Shown: positions 23,650 through 36,600 of the stretch, one piece after another | How positions within the stretch are numbered: the first letter of the stretch is position 1 | Layout: each line of letters begins with the position of its first letter | NCBI GenBank assembly: GCA_015680685.1 | Contig: MNCI01001451.1 | Location: forward strand, 799,228 to 863,227 | From: Gnetum montanum | Lineage: Eukaryota; Plantae; Gnetophyta | Reading direction: 5' to 3' | Length of the DNA stretch: 64,000 nucleotides | Made by a program: the position numbers and the translations under genes | The notes under the pieces: model-generated | Databases searched by the model: none | Told to the model about the DNA's origin: nothing | Seen by the model: the letters and a program-made list of their open reading frames with translations, nothing else

Positions 23650-24535
23650 TAATAGATATTTTGGGCTTTTCAAAGTACATCATTGGTGTAGTGAAAATTC
23701 TTGCTTTTCAGCATAATCTTTTGATGAGATAAGGGAATCATAGAGTAAGTTTTCCTATCTTCATCTTCTCAAATGTTCTTTGAATTTTCAAAAATAGTAG
23801 ATTAACAATGTTGGCATGAAAATTTCCCATTCAGGTAGTGATTCCTATGGTAGCATAGGTGGAATTTTTGTTTAGTCTCTTTGTTGGAAATAGATGATAT
23901 GTTCTAATTTTGAAGTAAATCCTTTTGGCTATAGAAAATCCACTATATTATTTTTCATTTTTTCCATAGGTCCTTTGTAGACATAATTTCCTTGCCTCTT
24001 TGTTTAACCTAGTAGATATTGGGATAATGTTGGCTCAAACATTTGGAATGTTCAGTGCCTTAGCTATGGCTTCAACTAAGTGTGGTATTGTGATCCCCTC
24101 TACTTTTAGTGTAGCATCATACTGTTTGTTCTTCTAGAACTTGTATACTTCTTCCAAGTACCATTTGTCATTACTAATGATAGTAAGCCACAAAGAAGAG
24201 GCTTGTATTTGTTCATGAACTTTAGCAAGAGCAAAATCCATAAATGGTCCAAAATTCAATTCTACTATGAGAGTGAACATGATGAACTTCACTTAGATGG
24301 CTTGAGAACACTCATTGGAGAGTGTAAGATGTTGTCCTTGCTTAGGAGCAAGTGGTGCATTAGCTTCTTCCTATGTAGATTACCCCTTTGTAGGTGTGGG
24401 TTGGTGGATGCTATAGGATTGAGCCTTTTGCTTTGCATGTAAAGTTTGTTCTTCCATTCATCCTCTACCCCTTTCCTTCAATCTTTTCTTCCTTAGTTGT
24501 GAAGGTTCTTTTACTTTGGATTTCTTGGGAGGCAT
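23650..24535 (-). pseudogene. Athila env-like / extra ORF remnant
   Basis: ATG at 24535: MPPKKSKVKEPS...KWYLEEVYKF*KN..YDATLKVEGITIPHLVEAIAKALNIP. The stops are mostly TAG/TGA/TAA consistent with deamination. Confidence 0.6.
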
Positions 24536-27126
24536 CTAAAATTATGAATAATTTTAAGATCACCCAACTAACTCAAAAAAATTCTCTAATGATCCATAAC
24601 CCTTCCTCAAATTCTAGGGTTTGATCAAAATCATTCCTTAATGTCAACTTTAGTTCTAATTGGGATTGTAAAGTTAGAAAAATTTGTAACATGGATAAAT
24701 CCTTCTTTTAGAAAAATCCTTAATTGAGGAATTTTTTAATATTTACAACCAAATTTAACCTTGACCTATCATAATCATTAATTTCATATTTAAAGTGTGT
24801 TTGAATGGTTATCTAAAAAGAATCATTAGGTTTATTAGCCTTTGTTAAGTTAAAATATAATCATTTCTTATTATTCTTGCCCTTAATTTGTTCTTCTAGA
24901 GAATAGAAAATTTTGATGTAATTTGCACAAACTTCACATAGTACTCTTCCCCATGACTAAGTTGATCACTATATGAGCAAAAGAAAATAAAAATAATTCA
25001 AATGGGAGTTGTGGTAAGGAAAACAACATGAACTCCAGACATGTGAAATGAGAGAGTGAAAAAATTCATTAACACCTTGTGCATATATATAGATTTTTGT
25101 TGGGAATACATCGTATATATGACATTGTGGATGCAATATTGTAGGGGTTAATACATCATATCTATGCTATTGCTGTGAAAATTCTCAAGATTTTTTGCAA
25201 TTTCTAATGGAAAAATTAGATAAATTGGATATTCTAGAAGGTATAAAGATGGTCTAAAGTATTCTTAATCATAGATGATGCTTGGAATGTAATAATTTGT
25301 CATGGAAAGTATGTGAAAGAATGATTTTGAACAAGGTAAGTCAATTAAGCTTTGTAGGAGACAATTGGTCAAAATTGTTGAGTATACAAATGAAGATGAG
25401 CATGTATGGAAATAACAATAATCATATAAGTGTTCTACAAGTACAAGATGATGTGGAATTGATGATCGTGTATGAAGTAAAAACGTTATATAAGTGGATC
25501 CTCCTCAAAGTAGGCTCTAGCCCTTTGTGACCTTGTATAACCACACCTACAAATGTCTATAGGCACTCAAGGAGTTGAATGTAAAGCATTTCTATCTTCC
25601 AAAAAAATACATGTTAGTATTGCCTCAATAAGAAAATAACACTATATTATACAAAATTATCAAATTATGATTATATATAATAGTGAGGTAGAATGGTAAT
25701 AGCATGGATTACAAAAAATGAGATGTGAGATGTCTTACCATTGGCATAATGAATTCTATGTGTGATGCATGGTTATAATAATCATTAGTCTTTCCATCCA
25801 ATATTCAAACCAAGCCCATACCACTTACTAGAAACATTGCATTGTATCATCTTAAAACTAATAATTAGAAGGCGACAACAACTACAAGAAATACTAACAC
25901 TTGGTAATGAAGTACAAGGAAGAAATTTATTAATAACACAATTTATTTTAAAGGAGACTTGGCCATTGGATAGAGGAGTATCTTTAGGCATGGGTAACAT
26001 GTTTTTCTAGCCTAGTAACTAGAGTCTAATGAATCTTAAAATTTCTGAGAAGTCACCTACCTTTAGACATGAGTAACATGTCTTTCCAGTGGAACCCTCA
26101 TAAATTTTTATTATGTGTATTTACTATTTTATTACTATGTCAACCTTACTAGAGGACTACCTTTGGGCATGGGTCACATATTTTTCCAATGACATGGTAA
26201 AGTAGTAGTTATTTTTATAACATACTTCCATTTTTCATTATAACTCAAGTAAATAATACAGCTTAATACTAGGATAGTTCTTATAGTAGTAGCTTTAGAG
26301 AATCCACAAATCCCCTTGATGTCACACCCTTTTTATTCCCACTTGGTTCTTCACTCTTCCATCTAGACATAATGATCACAAGTTTATTTTAGTTTTATTG
26401 TGAAAAGAATGTCATTATTTCCATGGTAAAAACCTCTTATTATTGGAAATGAGTGGATGGATTATATGGTCTCATTGCATATATAATTATTCCTTTAATG
26501 GTTTAATAACATAGGATGAAATTTTCATTGTTTTAATTATATCTCATTTTATTCTTTTACAAGGTATTAGAAAAAGCAACAAAATTATGAAAATTAAAAA
26601 TAGTAAAAATTACTAAAGAATGAGAAATTGGTAAGAAATGATATAAGTATAAAGAATTTGAAAGATATTAAAGAATGAAAGATGATAAGAAATGTAAAAG
26701 GTATAAAAGAATATAATAGATATCAAAAAGTGTAAAGATTGGTAAAAATTGGGAAAAATATGATAAAAAGTATAAACAAAAAAATTATAAAAAAAATGTT
26801 AAAATGCACTTATTGATTTCTAATTCAAGGTAAGGTATCTCCATCATGGCTCAACTCATGAGTGAGTGTTTGGAAAATGAATCATACATTGTTAGGATCA
26901 TACACTCTAGGTTTTTTTATATATCATCCTTAATGATTTATCTTTTCATTTAATGTCCCATGTGACATTGATGATAATAAAATTTTGATCATTTGGAGAC
27001 ACATATCTTGTTGGACTAGATGATACTCTCATTTTAGAGGGTCTAGATATATTTTTTATTTATTTCTAATTTTAGGTTTTGAGTCTCCATATTCACTATT
27101 TATTGTTGGTGTATGATCATGGTTTA

Positions 27127-28385
27127 TGTGGACATTTTGGTGTGTCAAAATGTTATGTAAAATGGAGAAAAAGGTTGTGTGGTTATTGTGTTTGTAGGAC
27201 AATGTACTTGGGAAATTAAGATGAGATAAAGCCTCCATTGATGACAAGGAATGAACTAGTTTAGAGCTTAAAGGAGAAGGTCATTCACAACATCTTAAGA
27301 GAACATGTTGAAATTTAAGAATGTGGACAAGGACCAAATAATGCACAAGAAAATTTGTCATCATTGGAGCATTTGGAAGTGCAAGTTTATGAACAAGAAA
27401 TGAAGAATTCATCATGTAAAGAAAGGCGAAGAAAGATGTCTCTGAGAAATAATAGAGGTCTTGGGTAAAATTGAAAGATGCATAGATAAAAATGTCTCTA
27501 GGAAATAGCAAACATATTTCATTATGCAAAGATGTTTTCACTAGACAAATACGTCTTCATAGAATGTAGGATAGTTTCAAAAATGCATCTTTCTTCAAAC
27601 AAAGATATATTTTGAGAATGGAGGTTTCAGAAAGACTTCTTTCACTAGACAAAGACATCTTCTTAGAATGAAGAGAAAATACAAAAAGACCTCACAGGCA
27701 TGAGGAAGACATCTTTCATGACTGTTAGGTATTGTTAGCTAGCCATTGTAGGAGTTCCAAGATGGATTTAGAAACATGGTAACTATAAGAAGACATCACT
27801 CTCATTGGGAAATGTGCAATATTATGTGCAATCATTGTATAATAATTTGTCAATCATTATAGTCACTATTGCTCCTCATTATATTGTCATTTTCCATTGT
27901 ATAGTGTGCTATATCTCAAAGTGCAAGGATCAGAAAACCAAGTTGCATTCATCCCTTGTAATTATTTTTCTTCTTTGGACACTACAGGGTTGATGTGATT
28001 CTTGTAGGAAGGCATCTTGCTTGAGCTTATTGGGATCCTACAGAATTGAGTGGTTAGTGTTGTGGCACAACACTCTAAAATAGAGCTCAAGATTGTAAAG
28101 GTTGTGAAAGCGTGTAAACCACATTCTAATCTTGATCGGACCTTGTGAGGTTGAGTGGTTGGTGTAGTGTCACAACACTTCTGAGCAGGGCTTAGAGATT
28201 GTGTGGGATGTACTGTTCAAACCATATTTTAGAGCAAAAAAGTCAGAATGTGTGCTTGTGATCTACCCCCAAGTGTGGACTATCGAAGTTGGGGACTTTC
28301 ATTAAATTTGGTGTGTGTGCTTTGTTCAAAGAATTTAAGTTTAGGGAACTTATTCATTTCCCCCTTCTAAGGTCAATGATTCACA
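27127..28385 (+). repeat. 5' LTR of gag-only SIRE
   Basis: TGTGGACATTTTGG...GATTCACA; colinear with 31768-33013. Confidence 0.93.
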
Positions 28386-28479
28386 AGTGATATCAGAGCT
28401 TGGTAGTCTTCTCTATCATTATCAACTTCAAGAGTGAACAATGTGGGGTGGGGGAGGGGGGGAGGATGGATTCAACTTT

Positions 28480-29310
28480 GCATATTTGAAAGCTAGAATG
28501 AAAGGATACTTCGAATCCATGGAGTTTTAAGTGTGGGAGTGAATTCTTGAAGACTATGCTCCACTTGTTAATAGCACCATTGACATCATCAAGTCTCGTA
28601 ACAAATGGACACAAGAGGAAAAAGATAAGTTCATGTTTGATTTAAAAGAAATTTTTTTTTTATATTTTTCTTTGGATAAATTTGAGTTTAATAGGGTAGC
28701 AGGATGTAAAATGGCCAAAGAAACTTGGCAAACTTTAGAAGCTAGTTATGAAGGAACTTATATTGTTAAGAAATCAAAATTGTTAATTTTACAAAGCAAA
28801 TATGATAAGCTGAGAGAAGGTGAGAAACTAAAAGATTATTTCTATAGAGCAAATGATCTTGTTGTAGCTATTAGAGGAATAGGTAAATATTTGTTCAAAA
28901 GTGATGTCATCATCAAAATAATCATAACTCTACAATCAAAGTTTAGACCAAAGGTCATGGCTATGGAGGAAATCAAAAATTTCTCAACATAGAGTGCTCT
29001 CATTTCTTATGAAATGAATCTCATAAGCAAAGGAGAAATTCAAGAAAGACCTATAGCTCTAAAGACTACCTCCAAGGAGAAGAAGTCCAATGAACATGAT
29101 GAGGGTAGCAAAGATGAGATTGCCTTTTTCTCAAGGAACCTACAATGATTGTTGATAAGAAGAAATAAGGGGGCATTTCCATGAAGATCCAATTTGCTAA
29201 AAAGTAGAAAAAGAGGTAAATACATTTTGAATTCTAACCTAGATTTCTCTTCTATAGAATGTTTGGTTTGTGGTGGAAGAGGCCATATGGCCTTTTAATT
29301 TCCTAGTGAT
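28480..29310 (+). pseudogene. SIRE gag remnant (capsid/UBN2-like region and zinc knuckle)
   Basis: EFNRVAGCKMAKETWQTLEASYEGT..VKKSKL, KFRPKVMAMEE and ECLVCGGRGHMA. Confidence 0.88.
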
Positions 29311-31767
29311 AACAAGGTACAACCAAAGAATAAATCTACTGATGAGGAATTGAAAAAGACCAACTTTTATACAAGTTGGGATGATGGTGAGGAAAGTGAA
29401 AAAGAAGCATGAAATTCTTCCAAAGATTCACATCTCATATGCATGGAACTTATAAATGAAAATTCTTCACATGTGATTGAATAAGATGGTAAGTGTGATA
29501 AAAAGTATAGTGAATTTAAAGAAGAAATTTTTCTTTTACATCATTTGATTAGAAAGGCAAAGAAATTTATACTTTCTAAGTTGGATCCTATCCATACTAA
29601 AGTGAAAGAAGAGATCTTAGACATAAAAGTTGAGATTCAAAAAAAAAAACCTCTTTTAATAAGGATTACAACAAGGTTCAAGAAGAAGAGACTCCTCAAA
29701 AATAGCCAAAGAACTTAGAGGAAGCTACACATGAAAATTCAAGTTCAAGCAGAATTAGGTTTGATAATTTTAATCATGAGGATAATACTTTACTTGTTTG
29801 TAAAAACTGTGGTTGTAATTAAACTCTTAACTATACTCATGATGATCAAAACAAGGTTAATGCTTAGTCTCGTCAAAAAGGCTTTGATAAGGAAATTGTG
29901 TAGGTACTAATAAGTGATTAGGAAGATAAGTGGAGCAATGAAAATAATGCAATAAGTGATCAAGGGTTTTATCATAAAGAACATAAACAAATGGAGACAT
30001 CACATACATGATCTAATGAAAGAGAACCTAAAGATAAGAAGGTACTTCATGAAAGGAGACCTCATCTCAAACTCCATTAATTTTCTCTCCTTACTAGTAA
30101 GTAAGGTAAGTCAAGTTTCCATCTCTTTGCTTGCTAGTTAATAAGAATATGAGTTGAGTAGTCCAAAATTGTTTCTATCTTGTGTAGATCAGAAAAATGT
30201 TAGAATAATTATTCCTTGAGATTTGTTCAAGTGATTTTATGAAAATATTTAGTGTAGAACTTGTAATAATTTTCCTTGGATCTTCATCTTATAATAATTT
30301 TAGTTTTATTTTTGTCTTGAATTAAATCTTACTTAATCTAAACATCTTGTGATGATTTGTTTCTATGCTCATGTCCTTTGGAATATTTTTGATATTTATG
30401 AGATAAGACAAGCTTTTGAAAAATTCTATCAATATTATTGATTGGAGAGCGTAGTCTCCATATTTGATCTTAATGTTGACTTATAGCTATAGTGTTTTTG
30501 GTGATTTACAACATTTACACATTGATCTTAAAAGCCCAAGATAAGTAGCACATGCATAGGGGGAGCCTATTCCTTATTACCCATCATCATCTTGGAGGTT
30601 ACCAATGTAGGGGGAATCTTTGGAGACTTCATGCAAGAAACACTGAAACAACAAGATATTCCAAAATGATCAAGTTAAGAACATCAAGAGGTATTTATCT
30701 TTTAAGAGGATATCTAAGTCTTGAGTTTGTGTTCTTGATATCCTTTGATAAAAATGAGGTATATGAATATATACATATTTCTCAATCAGCATGATTTGGT
30801 TTTGATAAATGGTTGTGTTTATTGCATTGCCTTGTACAAAAAGTGAAATATGCATGTTTCTGTCATGGCTTCCATATGCTTGTATTCATGTGTTTTCAAA
30901 TTTCTAGTTGAGTATAGAGATACAAGTTTTAATGAGATAGTTGTTTCAAATAGATAGGCTACTTGTTCCTATGTGATCTATCTTTGGTCTTTGGCATCAA
31001 ATTGTGTGTTGCTGGACCTTTTTGATTTAGTTGTAGTTCCTTTTTTTTTAATCTGAAAAGAGAAAGTTGCAATGTATCATCAACCCACCTATTTGATATT
31101 CAAGCATAAGCTAAAGCAAGAAGTATCTCTATTTTTATGAAAGAAAGCAAATAGTTGATATTATTCCTTATGACAAAATGAGCAAGAACATGATCATTCT
31201 ATTTATGACAAAGTATTCATGATTTTTATTGATACATCCCTTGAATAGTTTGTCTTGAGATGTACATCCTAGTTCATGGATTTCAGATTTGGTATGGTTG
31301 GTTTCAAATTGCAAAGCTGTATTGCTATCATAAAAGATATACCCTATTCTTTTGCTAATGTTTTACAAATATGGAGAACATTAGAATATTAATGAACCAT
31401 GCAATACAAACTACTAATGGCTTATTGGTTTAGAGACTAGTTACTTGATCTTCAAGGATTATACTTCGCTTCAAGATTTAAGTTTGAATATCACCTAAAA
31501 GACTTGGATTAGTTCATGAAACGTAGTGCTAAAAGATGTGCATTCTTTTACTCAATGTCTTTATCTCCTTAGGATTATCACATGTTGTTAATTATACATA
31601 TTATATGATATTGCAGTTTTATGATGTTTGTTTAATTGATTTATATGCCTTATCCTTTTTTACTATTGTTCAAAAAGGAGAAGAGTAGGTTATGCTATTT
31701 TTGGAGTTCTTTGCTTGTCTACTAATCCATTTTCTTAAGTTTTGAACATCACCAAAAAGGGGGAGAT

Positions 31768-33013
31768 TGTGGACCTTTTGGTGTGTCAAAATGTTAAGTA
31801 AAATGGAGACAAAGGTTGTGTTGTTGCTGTGATTGTAGGAAAATGTACTTGAGAAACTAAGATAAGATAAAACCTATATTGATGATAAGGAACAAACTAG
31901 TTTAGACCTCAAAGGAGAAGGTCATCCATAAGGTATCAAGTGAACAAGCAAGAATTCAAGAATGTGAACAAGGACTAAATCACTCACAAGCAAAGTTTTC
32001 AACATTGGAGCATGCAAAAGTGCAAGGTTATGAACAAGAAATGAAGAATTTATCATGCAAAGGAAGGTGAAGAAAGACGTCTCTAAGAAATAGTAGATGT
32101 CTTGGGAAGAATTGAAGGAAGCATAGACAAAGACATCTCCAAGAAACAATAGATGTCTTTCATCAGGCAAAGACATCTTCACCAGATAAGGATGTCTTCA
32201 CAGAATGTAGGACACATTTAGAAAGATGTATTTTTGTAGACAAAGAAATATTCCTAGAGTGGAGATTTCAGAAAGACATCTTTCACCAGAAAAAGATGTC
32301 TTCCCAGAATGGAGAGCAAATACAAAAAGACGTCTCAGGCACAAAGAAGACATCTAGCTACCATTATCTAGCCGTTGCATGAGTTCCAAGATGGATTTGG
32401 AAATATGGTAACTATAAGAAGGCATCACTTTCATTGGAAAATGTGCAAGATTATGTGTAACCATTGTATAATCATTTGTCAATCATTATAGTAACTGTTG
32501 CTCCTCATTGTATTATCATTTGTCCATTGTAATGTGTGCTAGATCTCAAAGTGCAGGGATTAGCAAACCAAGTTGCATTCATCCATTATAATTATTATTC
32601 TTCTTTGGACTCTGCAAGGTTAATTTACTTCTTGTGGGAAGGCATATTACTTGAGCTTGTTGACATCTTGCGAGATTGGTTGGTTGTTGTTGTAACACAA
32701 TACTTTGGAGTAGAGATCAAGATTGTAAAGGTTTTGGAAACCTAGAAATCACGTTCTAAATCTGACATGACCTTGTGGGGTTGAGTGGTTGGTGTAGCTT
32801 CACAACCAAGTAGGGCTTAGAGATTGTACAGGGTGTGGTACCCTTCAAACCACATTTGAGAGTAACAAAGTTTAGAGGTGTTCTTGTGATCTACTCTCCA
32901 AGTGTGGATTACCCAAGTTGGACAACCATGTTAAATTTGATGTGTGTGCTTTGTTCAAAGAATTTGAGTTCAGGGAACTTATTCATGCCCCCTTCTAAGT
33001 TCAATTATCCATA
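31768..33013 (+). repeat. 3' LTR of gag-only SIRE
   Basis: TGTGGACCTTTTGG directly after the PPT; ends ...TATCCATA (CA>TA) followed by the TSD. Confidence 0.93.
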
Positions 33014-33292
33014 GTTTATAATATCCTTTTGTAACCTCTCCACTTAGGTCATTTTTTGGGGTCAGATTTGATAAGAGGGTTAGATGTTTTTATGCATGTT
33101 TTGGGCTATTTTATGTTCTCATTTCTTAACCACTAGATATCCTTTTATTTAGTGTCTATTGTTTCTTTTTGCATACAAACTTGTTTTTCACATTTATTAT
33201 GGGTTGGTGTGAGGATCGTATTAACATTTTTAAACTTTTGGTTTACAAGTACACCTTTCTTCATCATAAGTAATGCATGGAATTCTTTGTAG

Positions 33293-33690
33293 CTATATGA
33301 TGGCTCCATGATCATATTCCTTGGAAATTTTCAAGGTCAAGTCTTTCATTCCTAACTTAGCATCAATTGTGCTAAGCCATGATCTTCCCATAATGATAAG
33401 AAAGTTATTAATATCATTCTTCACATCCATCACTAGAAAATTTGCTGGATAAGACCACCCATTGATAGTGGTCACCACATCTTCTACCTATTTCATAAAA
33501 ATGGAAACTAATTGATCTACAATCTCTAGTCTTATGTTGTACTTCTTTAATGATGATAAACTCTAGGCCTTTTATGTGTCTTAAGAAATGAGATTAACTT
33601 CTAAACTAGAATCTAATAGAGCTTTACATGGTGTGTTTCTAATAATTTGTAAATAAATTAGGAGGTTTTCAAGATCTAGTATTTTTTTAA
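33293..33690 (-). pseudogene. Ty3/gypsy aspartic protease remnant
   Basis: KALLDSSLEVNLIS ... VEDVVTTINGWSYPANFLVMDV ... IIMGRSWLSTIDAKL. Confidence 0.8.
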
Positions 33691-36600
33691 AAGAGTTATT
33701 GATTTTATCCAATTTGAGACTATATCAGTTAGCATGACAATTATAAGTTTTTGATTTGATAGTTATGAAAGCATGATCTTCATAGGAGGATCTATTGTAG
33801 GATAAAAAAGATTAGGTGAAGTCCTAGCTCTAGTAGCCTTTTCTAGACTTGTTCTGAAGAAAGGACATTTTGTAGATTTACCTTTAGTATTACTAGTATG
33901 ATCCTCTCTCTATATACTTACTTCTCTAGTAGCAATTTTGTATGGTGGTTTTGTTGGTAGTTGTTCTTGTATGACTAGTGGAAATACTTGTGGTAATGGA
34001 TTGAGAGCTTAGTATGAGGAAGAAAGTGCTAGTTGGGATACATAAGAATTGAGATTCATGCATAAGGAAGTGGGTTTGTGGTACTTTGGTGGATAGTAAG
34101 AGGAGGAAGTATGGATAGAAGTGTTTCTAGGAGAGATTGGAAGTTGGAAGTAGTATCCATAGGGATCATTTTGCATGTATGGATACTATTGCCTTAGATA
34201 TGGCATTTCCCATGCTTGTGGGTTTTTCCACTATTGCTGATATTATTTCTATAATTAAGGATAAGCCCCTTTTGGATAGTATGATTACTAGTAGGGCTAT
34301 TTGAAATTAGCTTGTAGATAAGATAGTCATTTGGGAATCTATTTTTTGATGAACTTAGGATTGAGTGCATATGCTTTAAACTCTTGTAAGTGGACCATAA
34401 GAGGGAAAAATTTCTTAGGATGTTCATATTGGCATACTTTACACCCTTCGTCTTCCTCTGAATTGAAGTCTGTTACTTTCTTCACTGTAACAACTTTTCC
34501 TTTGTGTTGGTAGTTCTCTTGTCCATTGTCTCTTTTCTTCCTATTGTCTTTGCTTTTGTTTAAGGCTCTCTTTTTTTCCTGTTATCTTTAATTTTTTTAA
34601 GGCTTGTATAGTTCTTTCCTCTACTATCTTTAATGCTATAGCAAACTTCCTATCCATTGAATCTCACATTTTCTCTACTTTTTTTGTAATATCATTAACT
34701 AATTTCTGGATCAATAGTCTTTTGTTGGATTGTATCTTCTAAGATTTTCTCTTCTTGTGATTCATATATTATTACATCCTTTTTTTGTATTATTGTATCT
34801 CTATTATATTCTTCTATTGATTCTTTTTTTCTTATCACTTCATCTCTTTTACCACTTGGTCTTTAAGTCATTGGATTTGATGAGCTATCATTTTGGATAG
34901 TGTGCCTTGGGCATTTATCCCAAGGGTCTCTCTTTTCTTGTTTCTTAGTCCTTTGATGATATGTCATACTTGTTCCCTTTGAGAAAATTCATGGCATGGA
35001 AACCTATGTAAAAGGGACAGTACCTACCCATTGTTGTATCAAGAGATTCATGTATCCTTTGTTTCCATCATTGGATATATTTTCTTAGAATTGGGCTACA
35101 GAAATTTTATGCATTCTACATGACTTTGATAATTGACTTTAGTGATTATGAGTCTCATTCAAGATAAGAGCTTTGAGATCAAATGGTGGAGAAGAAGAAG
35201 GTTAATTGTAGCTTTTCATTTGATCACTCAGATGAAGAGCAAGGTCAGAAAGCAGATATCAAAGCTAAGAGACCACTCCATCATAAAGGCCCATAGTTGA
35301 AAGCTATTAATCCAAATGTAGCTCAAACATATGAGGATGTTTTCCTTAATAGGCCCCAACAACTTGACTTGTTAGGTCCATCTTAGGATGATGATTCCCC
35401 CTTGTTTGACTAGGATTATTATCATGAGCTCAACAAAGCTATTGGTATTCTAAAGAAGCATGTTTGTGACCATAAGATTAAATCTATCAACATGATTGAT
35501 GTTCCATTATATAGTGGGTATATGAACGATGATCCCTAGCTTCATGTATACAAACTTGATAATGCTTATTATTTACAAGGGATCATCAATGATTAATAGA
35601 AGGTATGGTTATTTCCCTATACCTTCATCAAACAAGATACAACTTGGTAAAAATCCTTGACACCAAAGTTAATTCAAACATGGGAGGACATGATTAAATT
35701 TTTATACACCAAGTCCCAAACTTTTCCTTGCATTTTCAACATCTAGAAGGATATGGCTAGATGGAGGTATGGAGCCTATGAATCACTGGACATTGCCATG
35801 GAGAGATATTTTTAGATTGCTAATCATTATTTGGACCATGGCTTCCCCCAAAGAGAGGAGATTATGCATATCATGAAAGGCCTAAGGAAGATTACAAGGG
35901 AACAAGTGAATATGTATGCAAGGGGCCAGGTACACGAAAAGCCCATGACCCAAATGAAATCACTTTTGGATACTATTGCTAGTTTAGATGGTGAATGGTA
36001 AAAATAATAATCTTCAAAGGAGTATAACCAGAATTCCATACATAGGAAGAAGGTTAATATTATTGAAGGTGATGAGTAGTGAGGTACTCATATGCTCAAC
36101 CATACAAATCACAAGCATTCATGAATGATCCAGTCAAATTTCATGGATGGGACTAGTTGTGGTATCTAGATTGTTATGCTTTGATTGCAGTTCACTATCT
36201 TCCCACTTAGACTAGTGGTAGCTTTGTTACATATGCTTTAGTCCAAAGTGAGGCATATGATGTTGTCTAATTATATGCTACTCCTACATTGGGGGCCTGA
36301 CAAATTGATGACTCATCATACCCCCATGACTAAATAAAAACTCGTCCTCAAGTTAAACAAAATAAGGAATAATTTCTTTACAAAATACTAGGAAGGTATG
36401 GGATTATTGACTAACTTAAATAATAAACAAAACAATTAACTCTGTCATGTTCCAGTGGTGTTATACAAAAATGGAACAAATTATTACAAAATAAAAACAA
36501 AAATTGGAATGCTCATGTGATGCCTAGAGGTCGTGGCTCCTCCATTAGTTACTTCCTTTTGTCACTAGGCTTTTGAAATTTGTAACAATTCAGTAATGCC

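Larger units (their letters stand above)
27127..33013 (+). mobile_element. Complete non-autonomous (gag-only) SIRE-type copia element with 5-bp TSD GTTTA
   Basis: LTRs at 27127-28385 and 31768-33013, with GTTTA at 27122-27126 and 33014-33018. PBS TGATATCAGAGC at 28388 and PPT CAAAAAGGGGGAGAT before 31768. Gag is present and no pol motifs were recognised. Confidence 0.93.
23650..34860 (-). mobile_element. Second Athila-like remnant (partial gag, protease, long 3' region, env-like ORF), interrupted by SIRE at 27127-33013
   Basis: Protease at 33293-33690 and env-like ORF at 23650-24535. The 3' non-coding motifs are shared with the element at 36070-41793 (GATCCT.C.CAAAGTAGGC; CTTTAGG.ATGGGTAACATGT; AAATCCCCTTGA.GTCACACCC). 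No LTRs were found and both limits are approximate. Confidence 0.6.

Noticed and set aside
31100-31330. Possible copia RNase H C-terminal relic in the gag-only SIRE
   Set aside because: No convincing ADIFTK-type motif could be read.
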